In this document: positions 24,301 to 30,931 of the stretch, piece after piece
Layout of the letters: each line of letters begins with the position of its first letter
Position numbering within the stretch: position 1 is the first letter of the stretch
IMG/VR virus record: IMGVR_UViG_3300020442_001264
Coordinates: 1-64,000 of that record
Source: a virus
Reading direction: 5' to 3' (one strand)
Length of the DNA stretch: 64,000 nucleotides
The notes under the pieces: model-generated
The model's input: only the letters and a program-made list of their open reading frames with translations
Database searches by the model: none
What the model was told of the DNA's origin: nothing
Program-made: the position numbers and the translations under genes

Positions 24301-27300
24301 CGGTGGGATACCAGGAATAAGAGTAACGTCAGACCAAGGTGACGGAGTAGAAATTGGCGAAGGTCGTCCAGGTGATTTATCAGGATTCAATATTGATCCT
24401 GGTGCTTACATACCTGAGATTCCGCCAAACATAGATATCACAGAAGGTAGTGCCGCGGCAGGTGATGGTTCAGGTGGAACAGGAGGACCAGGCAGAGGAA
24501 AAAGTATTAGATATTCTAGTAGGCATCCATTTGCAATTAGTACTGACATAGGTGAGTTATTATCACAATCAGGCTTGTACAAATATGAATTGAGAAGATT
24601 AGACGGTACTAGCCCTATCACAATAACATCATCAGATGCAAAAGCAATTCATGTTGATCCATTAGCATTGGAAAGTGTTAGACATAGCACTGAAACAGGT
24701 TTAGATATGGCAAACATTGCCAACGTGTGGATTGACAATTATAATGATACAGGAAAATGGGCATACTTAGAAAGTAACACAATTATAAGACAGCAAGAAG
24801 ATTTAGTAGATACTAGATTTATCAGAGACGTATTTACATATGATGAAACTTCTGCAGAAAAAGAATTTGATATAGATTTATATGATCCGTTTAAAGGTAT
24901 TATTCCAGGTTTCATAGACAAAGAAATAGATTTGAAAACATTGAGAGATCCAATAGTTTACGATGGTAGAAAGACAAAATACGGCAGAGCACAAGTAGGT
25001 TTAAGATGGTGGGATACTACCAATGTGAGATATGAATGGTATGAGCAAGGATCTGGAAATTACGGAGCACAAGGTTATAACAATTATGAACGTTCTGTAA
25101 ATTGGGGTAATATGTTCCCAGGTAGTAGAGTTGAAATTTACGAATGGGTTGAGAGTTTAAGTCCTCCAAGTTCTTTCACACAAGGAAGACCACATCCGGA
25201 TCAAAACTTTATAACAGAATCTCATCCTGATAAAACTGGTAAGCCTTTAACATATTACTATTTCTGGGCAACAGAGTTAGATGTTGTTTCTGATTTAGCA
25301 AGAGTAAACTACAACAAAGAAAGAACTACTAGGGATATAACTAGGTTATTAACTGACTTGGAAAGTGAGAGAGTACCTTACACAGGTATTGTGTCTCCTG
25401 ATGGACTTGTTGTTAATACACTAGGTGATTTGATTAGAACTGAAGACAGTATTTTAAGTGTAAACTTTAAACGTAAAGACACAGAAGCAGTACAAAAACA
25501 CAGCAGTTGGAATCTAGTAGGCGAAAATGATACTGATGGTGCTATACCTAGAAATTTAAGTATTAAAATGATAGACAGTTTAGCAGGGTATAATGCTATT
25601 AAACAAGTTGTACCTGGTTCTGGATTAAGCACATCAGAAAGATTTGGTTCTAAATTTAGACCTAGACAAACAATGTTTAAGGATCTTAAGAAAGCAAGAA
25701 AACAGATGTTTGTAGTTATGAATGATATCTTTAAAGATATTAAAATGAATACAACTTTTATAGATTGGAAAAAAGAATTACCTAAGGATTATTCATTACT
25801 ACAAGATGTAAATTGGTATGAAAAGCAAAGAATTAATAAAGTAGATAATAGCACAGTTTATTATGATAGCACATATAAACCTTTAAGAAAAGTAACAGAT
25901 ACAAAACAATTTGGTTTATTAACAAATGTATTAGATAAGAGTATTATTCAGGTACAGAAAGATGATACACAAGCATACAAGTTATATGAGTATGATAAGA
26001 AAACTAATACATTTAAACTTATTGCAATCGAAAAAGAAACTGTAGCATGGAATGATAGTGTTTGGAATGATGCACAAAATCTCACAAGAGGTACGGAAAT
26101 CAGAGACATACTAGTTGCATTGTATGAAAAAATATTTATTAATACATACGAAATACATTGGAACAAATTCTTTTTTGAAATGTTGAAGTATGCATACGCA
26201 GAGCAAGGTGAATTGGATTGGGCATTCAAAACAACATACCTAAAAGTTGTTAAAGAAGAAACAGATTTAATACCATTTAAAGGATTTAAAGTTGACAACT
26301 TTGATAAAGCCGTTGAATATTTCAATGAAGTAAAACCTTATAGTAGTAAGATTAGAAATTACAGTGATATCAAAAAAGCACCTGTTGAAATTTTATCAGG
26401 AAAAACAACAGACTTTGATAGACCACCTTATTATGACGAAGACAATTATACAGTAAGAATATTAGATGCAAGTGTAAACGCAGATAACACCATTCTAAAT
26501 TCAGATACTGATTATGCAGGTTTTGTGAGTAACAGTGATAAAGTTAGAACATTTGACCAAAAAATTATATTTGATAGAGTCAAAGGATCATTGTATGAAA
26601 ACAGTTCTGGTGGAACTACACAAACAATTATTGCAGACGGTTCAACAACAATATTCAATTTGAACTTCACTGTTGAAGATGAAAGTAGACTGGAAGTTCA
26701 TGTAAACGGTGAAAAGATTGAAAAAACATCAGACGGTGGTAATGTTACTAACTTCACAGTTGATTTAGGTAACTCGTTTGTTAGTTTTTCAGACGAAGCA
26801 AACATAAACAACAGAGTTGGCACACCGGAAAACGGTGACAAAGTTGAATTTAAATACATAGATGGTTTTGATCCGACATTAGAAACAATGAATGTATCTA
26901 TTGCTAAGAACTTAGTAGCAATAGAGTCAAACAGTAATATTAATATTTCTAACACATCACAAAAATGGACAGCACCTGAAAGGTTATGGAAGTTTGACCC
27001 TGATGTGAGAAATGCAATTACCACAGCATTTGATACAGCATATGGTACTGGTGCAGGTTCTAATACAGAGATAACAAGCAATATAAGTATTATGACTTCC
27101 ATGGTTGCAGATGGTAATTTAAAACTTGCATTAGATTTAATCAAGTCAAAAGTACATGCTACTTTCCAAGGCGAAGAATTAGATGCAAATGTATTCACAG
27201 ATGTTGTTCCTGGTACACACCCAACAACATTCTATACAGATAGCAGAGGATTTGATACTTATGCTTGGGACGATGGCTTATTTGATAGAGAAATTGAAGT

Positions 27301-28252
27301 AGATAACTTTGTTGGTATATTCAGCGAAAGTGCTTCAGGTAATGTAAATTACAGAGTAAATGATGAAACTGTTTATGGATTTGATGCTACAACATTCCTA
27401 AAACACAGATATGGTCCTGATAGACCTGAAGAACTTGCAGTGGTACAACCACTTGAAACATTAACTATGGATGTTTACACTAAAGGTAATACACAAATAA
27501 GTACAGACAGTACTGATGCAAGATATCTGGTGTTTATGGATATTTTTGGAAATAGCGAATATTATAGAAGAACTGTAAATGCATTAACAACAGTATCATC
27601 GAATGTTAATATTTGGGATAATGAAATTAATGTTGTAGATGCAAGTAGATTGCCTGATGCTACAAAGAAAGACACAGCAGTTGTTTGGATCAACGGCGAA
27701 AGAATAGAATACGAAAAACGTGATACAGTAAACAATAAATTAGTAGGTATCACAAGAGGAACAAAAGGAACATCACCTAATACAGTTTTAACAGCAGGGG
27801 AAGGCATATTCAACGGAGAAGAAACTGAGAATATAAGATTAAGAGATGCCAATGGTAACATATTAAGAGACCCTGAGGACTTTAACTGGATTAAACCAGT
27901 AGCAATATTTGATGATACAGTTCCTTTTGATGATGATTGGGACGGCACAGGAAGTCTAACAGGATTCCAAAACAATGTTATGACCACAGCAGGCACAGTT
28001 GGTGATTTACCATATGATGTTGATGCAGGAAACGTTACATTTGGATTTGACTCCAGTTGGGACAATTCAGGGTCGTTTAAGCCAACATCAAACGGTGTAG
28101 AAAATTACACACTCCCATCATTTGATATAGATGAAGATACAGGTTGGGATTCGGGTGATCAAACCCTTAAAGAAGCAAGAAGTATTACAGATAAAGGTAC
28201 TGTCTTTAAAGCAAATACAAGTATTATAGACTTCTTGCACAATTTTGATTAA
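9383..28252 (+). CDS. Giant (6289 aa) baseplate-associated virion protein with YHYH-like and Calx-beta-like domains
   Basis: Uninterrupted 18.9-kb ORF after gp6. N-terminal PPINIDKFINYQEYFW and C-terminal WAFKT, EVKPY and INGERIEY...RG..GT motifs resemble large jumbo-phage baseplate proteins. Confidence 0.8.
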   Translation: MADKQYKKLPVTHQTPVIKNFFDTTVEQLFSKANIESVSAYIGKRDEDLYDATDTYILQPTADRDKFSLEPVVNTIDQETGLNSNLMFYEDYINILKSYGINTLNQNTIFDTQAYTFLPPINIDKFINYQEYFWSPQGPTPVIISGTSANPINIEKDIIGKKSFTTPQGTALKNGMVVTFSGDYVIPTRYKDDKRYIVEGVGDSIILHDKDQNFATVFSTEDYIPYDQTIIDEDNDTLISDTKFLSGGLQGVENYVSNDGTWPTPDYTTSQKDATTGNFMWDGYVAPVGTFLKYIAGGIGAYDTMPFDSDNTQENTDYIVMQRGSKDNNVWSRINFWHHKQNFIDVGDQLPKKDKRAVRPIIEFDRDLELYNFGTTGKFSVEISAEGNLKSEVVGRPNGSTIDDVTLEIGNFIIFPGEDSNIAQHVYLIGADGSENVTLTRMPADNNPVGAVDGDSNFVPYTASIGDVITIKFGARYTGIEYYWSTSGWKKGQQKTKINTPIKFNLYDRNRNTLDNDSVYPSSTFVGNEIFGYANATVNATKDPVLGFPLEYKNFNNFSEIAYTNFIDDYFYSYVPFGGTTKKQISGFLYYKKTDKDGNITYNTSWKPYEEDLKQRVEDRYVINDEAFTNEKTLYHISAVPKNSDSDELGLVEKSIRVYVNGKRRTDFSYDSNQIAIKFATFDLEKLDILDIFTETTSGYFESTKTNGRYHVAKSWHSNLENKDLLSVSQPEFLEHFRDYIKDQEDITGDALGGNNFDNIQKNTKWADKIIQTDDDLQLSAFLFSNDKFNIKDSIDFCAEEYVKYKNRLKKEIVKFVDSNDYSGMSYGDMLEVVLENVIAYNQGKNVFDNTFMAAFGDQYTEEKIVINNVLKKEYDLTNYLDLDKIENTIFVYDHDSNNIEKLLCVDYDYSISSTNGKVTITFNSDYTLTLGNTIKVRLYDSNRESCQTPPTPSSLGLYPIYYPEIFDDATFIEPIKMIRGHDGSKSIAVDDVHDYILLEFEKRIYNSTLQLFRDNDSLPDLNVLDIRPGRFRKTGRSRDDFYGLLRTNFNFYISRNEVDFVKNEFYDVNNPWTWNYNAGQPKPAHWRGIYEACYDTDRPHTHPWEMLGFIKKPTWWETQYGTDYSYPSNKALWKDLEEGIIRQGSRANVENDRYKKNNPYRRVGLKYEIPVDASGNLIAPANIISTTSTTKTISWEETTSGTPSTSANTFIVTDGLSVNEVGLNLNITTNNIINHTTGTFPTEDNTNYIEEKELTYKVSLRSGENPTSTYANATSSGSSVKGIAINGGLITNANTGVTHSDSSSWHYNAFYRNDVSRDSKGGNPDSNNIYGYIQPPAYVTGTIAGYSTTEHSPIIGWAFDGFPIYGPYGYEDRANASSSIVRIESGYSLKTVNRDSIATGPGGLPTGEFVEDYEYSTPAQGLDQYNGRYGVTPEFPGGTYYYVATVDSAGNPAYPYTVGPSFAESPADVSTNATGTTTLDTGTATYSLTSTLTTAYSVDSTLTDKDWKYSDGAPVENAWKISEGYPFAVVQSLLLAKPGKFASVFADPRKIIRSSANTNQLLDKDTGRRIKAKKVAIHGEINAKDQTTYTVGYTQFIDSFLKFQGLDTTKEFVKPMRSVNSKLGHKFAGYVDKDTMTVFSDSYSATGNSSSLILPQEDIQVDIHVGPYSTTNDFTGVLITFTEDKKYKVEGYNSVKRYFEIEESNKTNGRFTEVSVGGEPADYSNFDNTANYQQGTIIKSGYNFFQALKFAGKGTPVTDTTVWQRLSTLPMVDAAEATYYLDGTGKTVRVEYGTVYDTVNELFDFLISLGRKQSAMGYDFGEFNSEINDVNDWLYSGRQMLFWSIGNWSPGNTLNLSPAASGIKFKAEKGRVSKIIDVDQSQFSILDEEGKNIKATECEIIRDGQTLEIRPPAGKQLYGLILYTNEIEHAMTISNKTIFGDTIYDDVVNQRQRRIKIKGKRTKNWNGTLTSEGFVITADGLKPNFDTLASDMGKYNEIGHVPVEKQVYEASRRQYGFNERKYLREFELTQDDQYDFYVGMIRSKGTKNSLEVLLNSDKVLVPGSVNVFDEWALKSGDFGDVDNYQTIDMKITDSEITNEKQLIQIAYPEDIVSKVAEVEVLDRTTKFYQRPFLEIEPPPAEIPGSFEYGGGTTAQATVNIGSDGRISDVVVTEPGYGYTVNPSVTVVAAQLLTANITTQFLKPYAVSTSNVDVSGLASAGNILITDHFSSNVNTVIDLSSVSTVEDVANAINTTADVNANIIASFTRTISGNTTNFYLTIKGDDFTLAEQGVGNTLSNVLYLESKRYQPRQRYSFETANSTSYSDVVVTVDGNTTSGGVVGASNVDWVFDPGSRTTITTNSLLSGNVSQAFTFTPISVTDGITTTDAIAADNLTLLNGSYPHIDVEINGVKLPETSEEALFTITSNASANTSTINFLDCGAIPGAPIQPNSKIEIIEKATIDLEDTYQGDLPGSSMNIKVHANDALAAKLEQMRTFEIYPDAKGDATLLIDVDDADRLPVRPSDMAEKGLWPKTSSVSYLGIVDSKYNTLPNAGYISRYNVQYQAFDIYDFENLFDVKQLSSATKLPKEGNVVHFAKGEHEEFDVYRLSNVNSNISFIEYDETVGTTFLFTDNSLSNIILDGNDLSNTSADYDHTKWFDQVLALKGKYVLDPYHANLRTAEGNPVYVTDQLEVDHPVTRFITEEKIAESYVEQGNITHTVPDVQSISTMAPQLSGNITSAEPIALQNAYQNARANVITSVSDFKITRSVDADPNTRFKFNNQLTFDIGNGEIEGIQPGDWLKFTDTGASNLNGNVFQVATIKPEGKVSLYANSTVLNGMTTLVSKSTLSFVNFGKNRYANIEPDYNVQIVAKGHEFRTNDKVVFDADNLGGAAGTEFIVKDARTDNTFFLQSKLFGSNSALNVITNSANISHAQTTLKITAVPNFLSDAGGSFELGNSLVQGHSILFKDTSGTELNGNAYPISNLRKETVLKTSLTDIQGGFGNVTAPIPQIVDSTVSNSTLVPLEEVDMPPVGSLAGTNIEPGMYLWSDELTDPVEVKTVAYDLSNNGNEPTRSIRSANATANTITISNADGISVGDVVLVSGELDEYQNVTVASISGADITLSVNVANVTTLITPPAGEPYNTTYDETLHTSFDIELSNGAKINNNALMKFRHNGDGKVANVTLADPVTLTSGLPVNFTRAQYEIPELGATSSVDVVVFDIKPDTYTGSNLSEANLSFTIQEATKITTDTDLSSNFPMGTFVKVNAGGIYDLYDRAYKIDTSANSFVVKKTLLEEIKNEYQVISDVTSNTTITISDITNQIFPGMRVEGTGIPADTKVANVLGSSVFTVTNNVTVSSADIIKVYRTTYEDATFMSANTVITTREDHNFATDGSDKLLGKNINVYMMHPDYYNSEMKVVDIPTANTVVVEFPAFSHPYTISGNTYLSKFDYDLYGEEAPGISGNVSYIPYFIASHLGNIQINGANVVTNTYPWHSVEKYVNEIKDKMYNKAAAITHKGSFGLDFRFFDIGLAMDSKAMDTGSYSYPGPGTVPLPKGTTVKNSDTGQSSTATAGPAPSDVVPAPKAPSDGPLTSPPIIECGPDPDQVPEPEGPTLTPQQIAAQALLDQHNFQTQFILPHQQEAVKPQAQTNLENQGTRYNQQGGYSLGGPRTGSDGGLVYGQQQGAEWGANERQFNYETGEWEYVPSGAKWTQDGVEYTMMADGTIQGDDGTIWATKKTRITIDGAKGSLGDRYGDYGIVGLTDQGKKDADPVLKARLAMINPRYQAKAGEDPSLRIDHADKECNTLIPHTHAYEPVGEPYCVDDANGRNKEGIQHQLYRCANANNNDEGCGMPEYIEETKGVATCIKPYGGYISAVWSVPKVAEGSSAVYTVTTDSNVRDGTQVLVTVSGSANAIADTDLTGSSFTLTINNSTASKTVNFTADATTEGTETLTFTLAEYDNDNNETGQMVATIDIDDTSQTPVPTYSSMTISNSTLRENGGLVDLVVRGSHLTDGATIVGTLSGTGLTRSDFTAGSDLNDNLEITFTMSDQGGNAFVSDVKQIAAIADVTTEGDEAFTITLANSDSNGASAGLPKSVTATIKDDSLSPAPPYECVDYYLWHNNGPTPETTSFYCTSDTQNHTMHVAFDMYSANDALRVYQSDTKYGKDRLIAGTHSNSTCRNMTSAEKNEFKNVISNNSDPGNNSSALQTLTDMSTNPDSNGGRAYAGICEFTYNQANGRYITVETVRGTNGGSSVFRWWAQVCIDEGENPWYFEKEGGHSSGTQSSSGPGNGASAGYVATGSVAGAMKSTRKSTKTASYSIPLGIPNFGNVPMTPSNPIGYHINFNGIGYNGVYGFQSVGNGPGLGTKPMDFAVPSALPRMRRLNGGDAFMRYGMNRASYQDDFTRFHDAEFTDARRPLDGRPSFQNQAGTVTPKTSSPIPDNSAFNPESAPEKVKPRAMEIKLLEKTKTGVYQPKKGSKGDISLRIELEEYCRQTKVHFCTDNTFMTDGADTAGPGETDHSRYAIRGGDTFWVGDTQIDTTGVLSASDMKARIQQAMGNKVNVNVTNDPDTGQKCVRVAFKDNSVGVPILRNGCKGGVLKEVLDFTVNNKDNRSFSENTYTAGTRTSTTTVNTLVNADTDSNVDTPDVNVGSVSTTATGTDFITNTITAEGRRRSDNPSTITVGHNGSKYRVGDILRAVGGTAVGNTSKPGMQIAGLVLERGGFGYGVWDENSQRYVLPEGSVQIRVGGPGESGYGFEPDMSDLRVNPITGELDCAWQVALGDANSPGGKRGLLAIQGLTGEKYIFNDPPSITITGLGTGARFSVAWLNSKPSDVEEVAIFKVTSVGDEGQIEDMKILNRGLYETFPGDLNSGIPLEYHTTRKDGDGNDVIIGTTATGFQGQGTGARVFMTARLIGDCRQKGTALQDMGLSEGPLTRDDFDKYIVDYINDHSEVDPDGNPYFSAALTNNGGIPGIRVTSDQGDGVEIGEGRPGDLSGFNIDPGAYIPEIPPNIDITEGSAAAGDGSGGTGGPGRGKSIRYSSRHPFAISTDIGELLSQSGLYKYELRRLDGTSPITITSSDAKAIHVDPLALESVRHSTETGLDMANIANVWIDNYNDTGKWAYLESNTIIRQQEDLVDTRFIRDVFTYDETSAEKEFDIDLYDPFKGIIPGFIDKEIDLKTLRDPIVYDGRKTKYGRAQVGLRWWDTTNVRYEWYEQGSGNYGAQGYNNYERSVNWGNMFPGSRVEIYEWVESLSPPSSFTQGRPHPDQNFITESHPDKTGKPLTYYYFWATELDVVSDLARVNYNKERTTRDITRLLTDLESERVPYTGIVSPDGLVVNTLGDLIRTEDSILSVNFKRKDTEAVQKHSSWNLVGENDTDGAIPRNLSIKMIDSLAGYNAIKQVVPGSGLSTSERFGSKFRPRQTMFKDLKKARKQMFVVMNDIFKDIKMNTTFIDWKKELPKDYSLLQDVNWYEKQRINKVDNSTVYYDSTYKPLRKVTDTKQFGLLTNVLDKSIIQVQKDDTQAYKLYEYDKKTNTFKLIAIEKETVAWNDSVWNDAQNLTRGTEIRDILVALYEKIFINTYEIHWNKFFFEMLKYAYAEQGELDWAFKTTYLKVVKEETDLIPFKGFKVDNFDKAVEYFNEVKPYSSKIRNYSDIKKAPVEILSGKTTDFDRPPYYDEDNYTVRILDASVNADNTILNSDTDYAGFVSNSDKVRTFDQKIIFDRVKGSLYENSSGGTTQTIIADGSTTIFNLNFTVEDESRLEVHVNGEKIEKTSDGGNVTNFTVDLGNSFVSFSDEANINNRVGTPENGDKVEFKYIDGFDPTLETMNVSIAKNLVAIESNSNINISNTSQKWTAPERLWKFDPDVRNAITTAFDTAYGTGAGSNTEITSNISIMTSMVADGNLKLALDLIKSKVHATFQGEELDANVFTDVVPGTHPTTFYTDSRGFDTYAWDDGLFDREIEVDNFVGIFSESASGNVNYRVNDETVYGFDATTFLKHRYGPDRPEELAVVQPLETLTMDVYTKGNTQISTDSTDARYLVFMDIFGNSEYYRRTVNALTTVSSNVNIWDNEINVVDASRLPDATKKDTAVVWINGERIEYEKRDTVNNKLVGITRGTKGTSPNTVLTAGEGIFNGEETENIRLRDANGNILRDPEDFNWIKPVAIFDDTVPFDDDWDGTGSLTGFQNNVMTTAGTVGDLPYDVDAGNVTFGFDSSWDNSGSFKPTSNGVENYTLPSFDIDEDTGWDSGDQTLKEARSITDKGTVFKANTSIIDFLHNFD

Positions 28253-28279
28253 GAATTAAAACAATATATAATGAAAAGT

Positions 28280-28287
28280 GATAAATA
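28280..28287 (+). promoter_or_regulatory. Late-promoter-like motif GATAAATA
   Basis: Intergenic, 5 nt before ATG at 28293. Confidence 0.65.
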
Positions 28288-28292
28288 AGAAT

Positions 28293-28919
28293 ATGAACGT
28301 TAGCAATGACAAAGCAGAAAAGGAAATGAAGCAGGCTAGTAAACCAGTCGATGAAAATGCAGGCATCAAAATGTCAGGACATATCTTGATTAGAGATGCA
28401 GATACAAAAGAAGAATTTGTAAACAAAAGAAATGCAATTCATTATGGTAACATGGCAAATATGATAGCAAATGCATTGACCAACCAGTCAGGTGCATATA
28501 TCCATTATATGGCTTTTGGTAACGGAGCAACAAGTGTAGACTCAGCAGGCAAGGTGATTTATAAAGCACCACGTGTCAGTGAGTCTTTCGAAAATAGTGC
28601 AACTCTGTATAGTAGAACTTATGAGAAAGTTATAAGTAACAACACTACTACAGACAAGATTGAAATAATCACAGGAACTAGTTTTACAGATTTAAAAATG
28701 ACTTGTACATTAGGTTATAATCAACCTGCAGGACAAGACGATTTTGATAGCAGTACAACTAATGAAGGCACATACGTTTTTGATGAACTTGGCTTGCTAA
28801 GTTATGCAACCGATCCTGCAGATAGTAAATTGCTAACACATGTGATATTTCACCCAGTTCAAAAAAGTGCAAACAGAACAATTGAAATTATATATACTGT
28901 CAGGGTACAGTTAAATTAA
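28293..28919 (+). CDS. Baseplate/tail-collar structural protein
   Basis: GHILIRD...KRNAIH, MAFGNG, FDELGL and LLTHVIFHPVQKSANR motifs. Start moved to 28293 because the tracked GTG overlaps the promoter motif. Confidence 0.7.
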   Translation: MNVSNDKAEKEMKQASKPVDENAGIKMSGHILIRDADTKEEFVNKRNAIHYGNMANMIANALTNQSGAYIHYMAFGNGATSVDSAGKVIYKAPRVSESFENSATLYSRTYEKVISNNTTTDKIEIITGTSFTDLKMTCTLGYNQPAGQDDFDSSTTNEGTYVFDELGLLSYATDPADSKLLTHVIFHPVQKSANRTIEIIYTVRVQLN

Positions 28920-28932
28920 TAGAGGATAGAAA

Positions 28933-30897
28933 ATGACTTATTCAGTACAAAATACAGATGGTTCTAGAACCATTAACGTAGCCGCAAGTCAGGTAAACTC
29001 TTCTTTCAGTGTTGCACTGGTCGGTAGAAATGTTAGTGGTTATGGACAATACTTTGTTCAAAACTCTATAAGACATTTAGAAAACTTTGCCAGTAGCTCA
29101 GCACCAGCAGATGACATTTTATTAACAGGTCAAGCATGGTACGACAAGAATGAAGATGTAATGAGAGTTTACGATGGCAGTGGCTGGCAAAGAATGAGTA
29201 TTACAGTAAGTGCGGCGGCACCAAGCGGCGGTGTTAATTCAGGTACTGCTTACTATGATACAAAAGATGATAAATTAAAAGTGCATAACGGAACAGCATT
29301 TGTTGATGCCAGTTATGCAGGTAAAGTAACAAACCAATTCAGTGGAATTTCCGACGTTGGTAGTCCAAGTTTATACGGAACAAGAATTAGAACTATGTAT
29401 GTTCCGGGTAATGATGGTATCAAACGTGCCGTATTAGCATTGATGTATGTAAACAATGGTACAAATTCGTTCCAAGGTGCTACAAGCGGCGAAAGTGTAA
29501 TGGCAATATTCAGTGACCATGCAGAGTTTACAATTGATACAACAGCGACTTGGGAAATTGAAGGATTAGCAGATGTAAGTTTATACACAGAATTTACAGA
29601 CTCCGATGGTATTGGTAACAAAATTAAACCAGGTATGAACCTGAGACAAAAATACTCAGGTACTGCTATTGCATTAGCAAACGTGGCATTAGAAGCCAAT
29701 ATTGCAAATGCTATTCAAACAGGTAGTGGTAACATAGATGCTAACAACATTATTCATGTAGGACGTAGTTATGTACCAACAACCACAGACAACGAAACAT
29801 TAGGTGCGGCAGGTTCAAGATTTTCTGAACTACACATTGACACAATTTTTGTTGGTGATCCAGCATCTAGTTCAGCACAATATATTAAGAAAGCAAAAAC
29901 AGGTGGTAACACCAGTGTTGTTTTAGATATTGGTGAAAGTGATGCTCCAATTGATAATCTATATGTTACAAACGTAACATTGGCAAATGGCGGTGGCATC
30001 AGTGGTCTTAATGTTGAAAGTTTTGGTTCTAACGTAGCACCAATTGACGAAGTTTGGTCTTCTAACGTAATAGTTAATGAAGGTAATGTTTGGGTAAACA
30101 ACTTAGGTTTCTATGGAGATTTAAGAAATCCTGTAACAGGTAACATTGTTGTTGATGTAAGTGGTGACGCAGTTATAACCACTACAGGTACTGCAACAAT
30201 GACTAACAAAACATTTGGCAGTGATATACTTGCAACAGACAATAGTGTAAACATTGGTAATACTGGTACTAAATTTGGTACTGTTCACAGTTCAACATTT
30301 AATGGTGTTGATGCAGTATTATCAGGACAAGCAAATGCAACAACATTCAATGGTAATGTATCGGGTGCTTCAGCAACTTTAAGTGGTACTGTATCAGGTG
30401 GTACATTAACTGATGGAACATTGAGTTCTACAGCAGGTACTATTACTGGTGGTGTTGCCGCAACATTTAGTGGTAACGTAACAGGTAACTATTTTGTTGG
30501 TACAGCAACAGCGGCTCAATATGCTGACTTGGCTGAGGTTTATTCAGCAGATTCAGATTATGAAGCAGGCACAGTTGTTAAAATTGGTGGTGATGCAGAA
30601 GTAACACAAACAGAATCACATGCAGATGTAGATGTGTTTGGTGTTGTTTCAAGTACGCCAGCATACTTGATGAACAGTGAAGCAGAAGGTTTACCAATTG
30701 CACTAGCAGGAAGGGTTCCTGTAAAAGTCATTGGTAAAGTTGCCAAAGGCGAAAGGCTTGTAAGTTCAGATGTTCCGGGTGTTGCTTGGGCATTAGGCGA
30801 AGATGAATACGATGCTAGAGCAATAATTGGTAGAGCATTACAAAGTAAAGAAGATGGCGATGCAGGTATTATAGAAGCAGTCATTGGAGTAAAATAA
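28933..30897 (+). CDS. Tail fibre/spike with C-terminal intramolecular chaperone (peptidase G2-like)
   Basis: N-terminal attachment motif LVGRN..GYG....N...LENFA...P...GQAWYD, a G/T/S-rich shaft, and C-terminal YADLAE...GVVS..PAYLMN...AL.GRVPVKV.G...KG..LV.S. GAGGA SD. Confidence 0.8.
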   Translation: MTYSVQNTDGSRTINVAASQVNSSFSVALVGRNVSGYGQYFVQNSIRHLENFASSSAPADDILLTGQAWYDKNEDVMRVYDGSGWQRMSITVSAAAPSGGVNSGTAYYDTKDDKLKVHNGTAFVDASYAGKVTNQFSGISDVGSPSLYGTRIRTMYVPGNDGIKRAVLALMYVNNGTNSFQGATSGESVMAIFSDHAEFTIDTTATWEIEGLADVSLYTEFTDSDGIGNKIKPGMNLRQKYSGTAIALANVALEANIANAIQTGSGNIDANNIIHVGRSYVPTTTDNETLGAAGSRFSELHIDTIFVGDPASSSAQYIKKAKTGGNTSVVLDIGESDAPIDNLYVTNVTLANGGGISGLNVESFGSNVAPIDEVWSSNVIVNEGNVWVNNLGFYGDLRNPVTGNIVVDVSGDAVITTTGTATMTNKTFGSDILATDNSVNIGNTGTKFGTVHSSTFNGVDAVLSGQANATTFNGNVSGASATLSGTVSGGTLTDGTLSSTAGTITGGVAATFSGNVTGNYFVGTATAAQYADLAEVYSADSDYEAGTVVKIGGDAEVTQTESHADVDVFGVVSSTPAYLMNSEAEGLPIALAGRVPVKVIGKVAKGERLVSSDVPGVAWALGEDEYDARAIIGRALQSKEDGDAGIIEAVIGVK

Positions 30898-30905
30898 GGT
30901 AAATA
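30898..30905 (+). promoter_or_regulatory. Late-promoter-like motif GGTAAATA
   Basis: Immediately after the upstream stop, followed by a leader with AGGAG SD (30921-30925). Confidence 0.6.
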
Positions 30906-30931
30906 GTAGTAACATTTAGTAGGAGAAAATT

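Noticed and set aside
28245-28272. Possible sigma70 promoter TTGATT-N16-TATAAT
   Set aside because: Could arise by chance in very AT-rich sequence, has a suboptimal spacer, and the adjacent late-type motif explains the gap.
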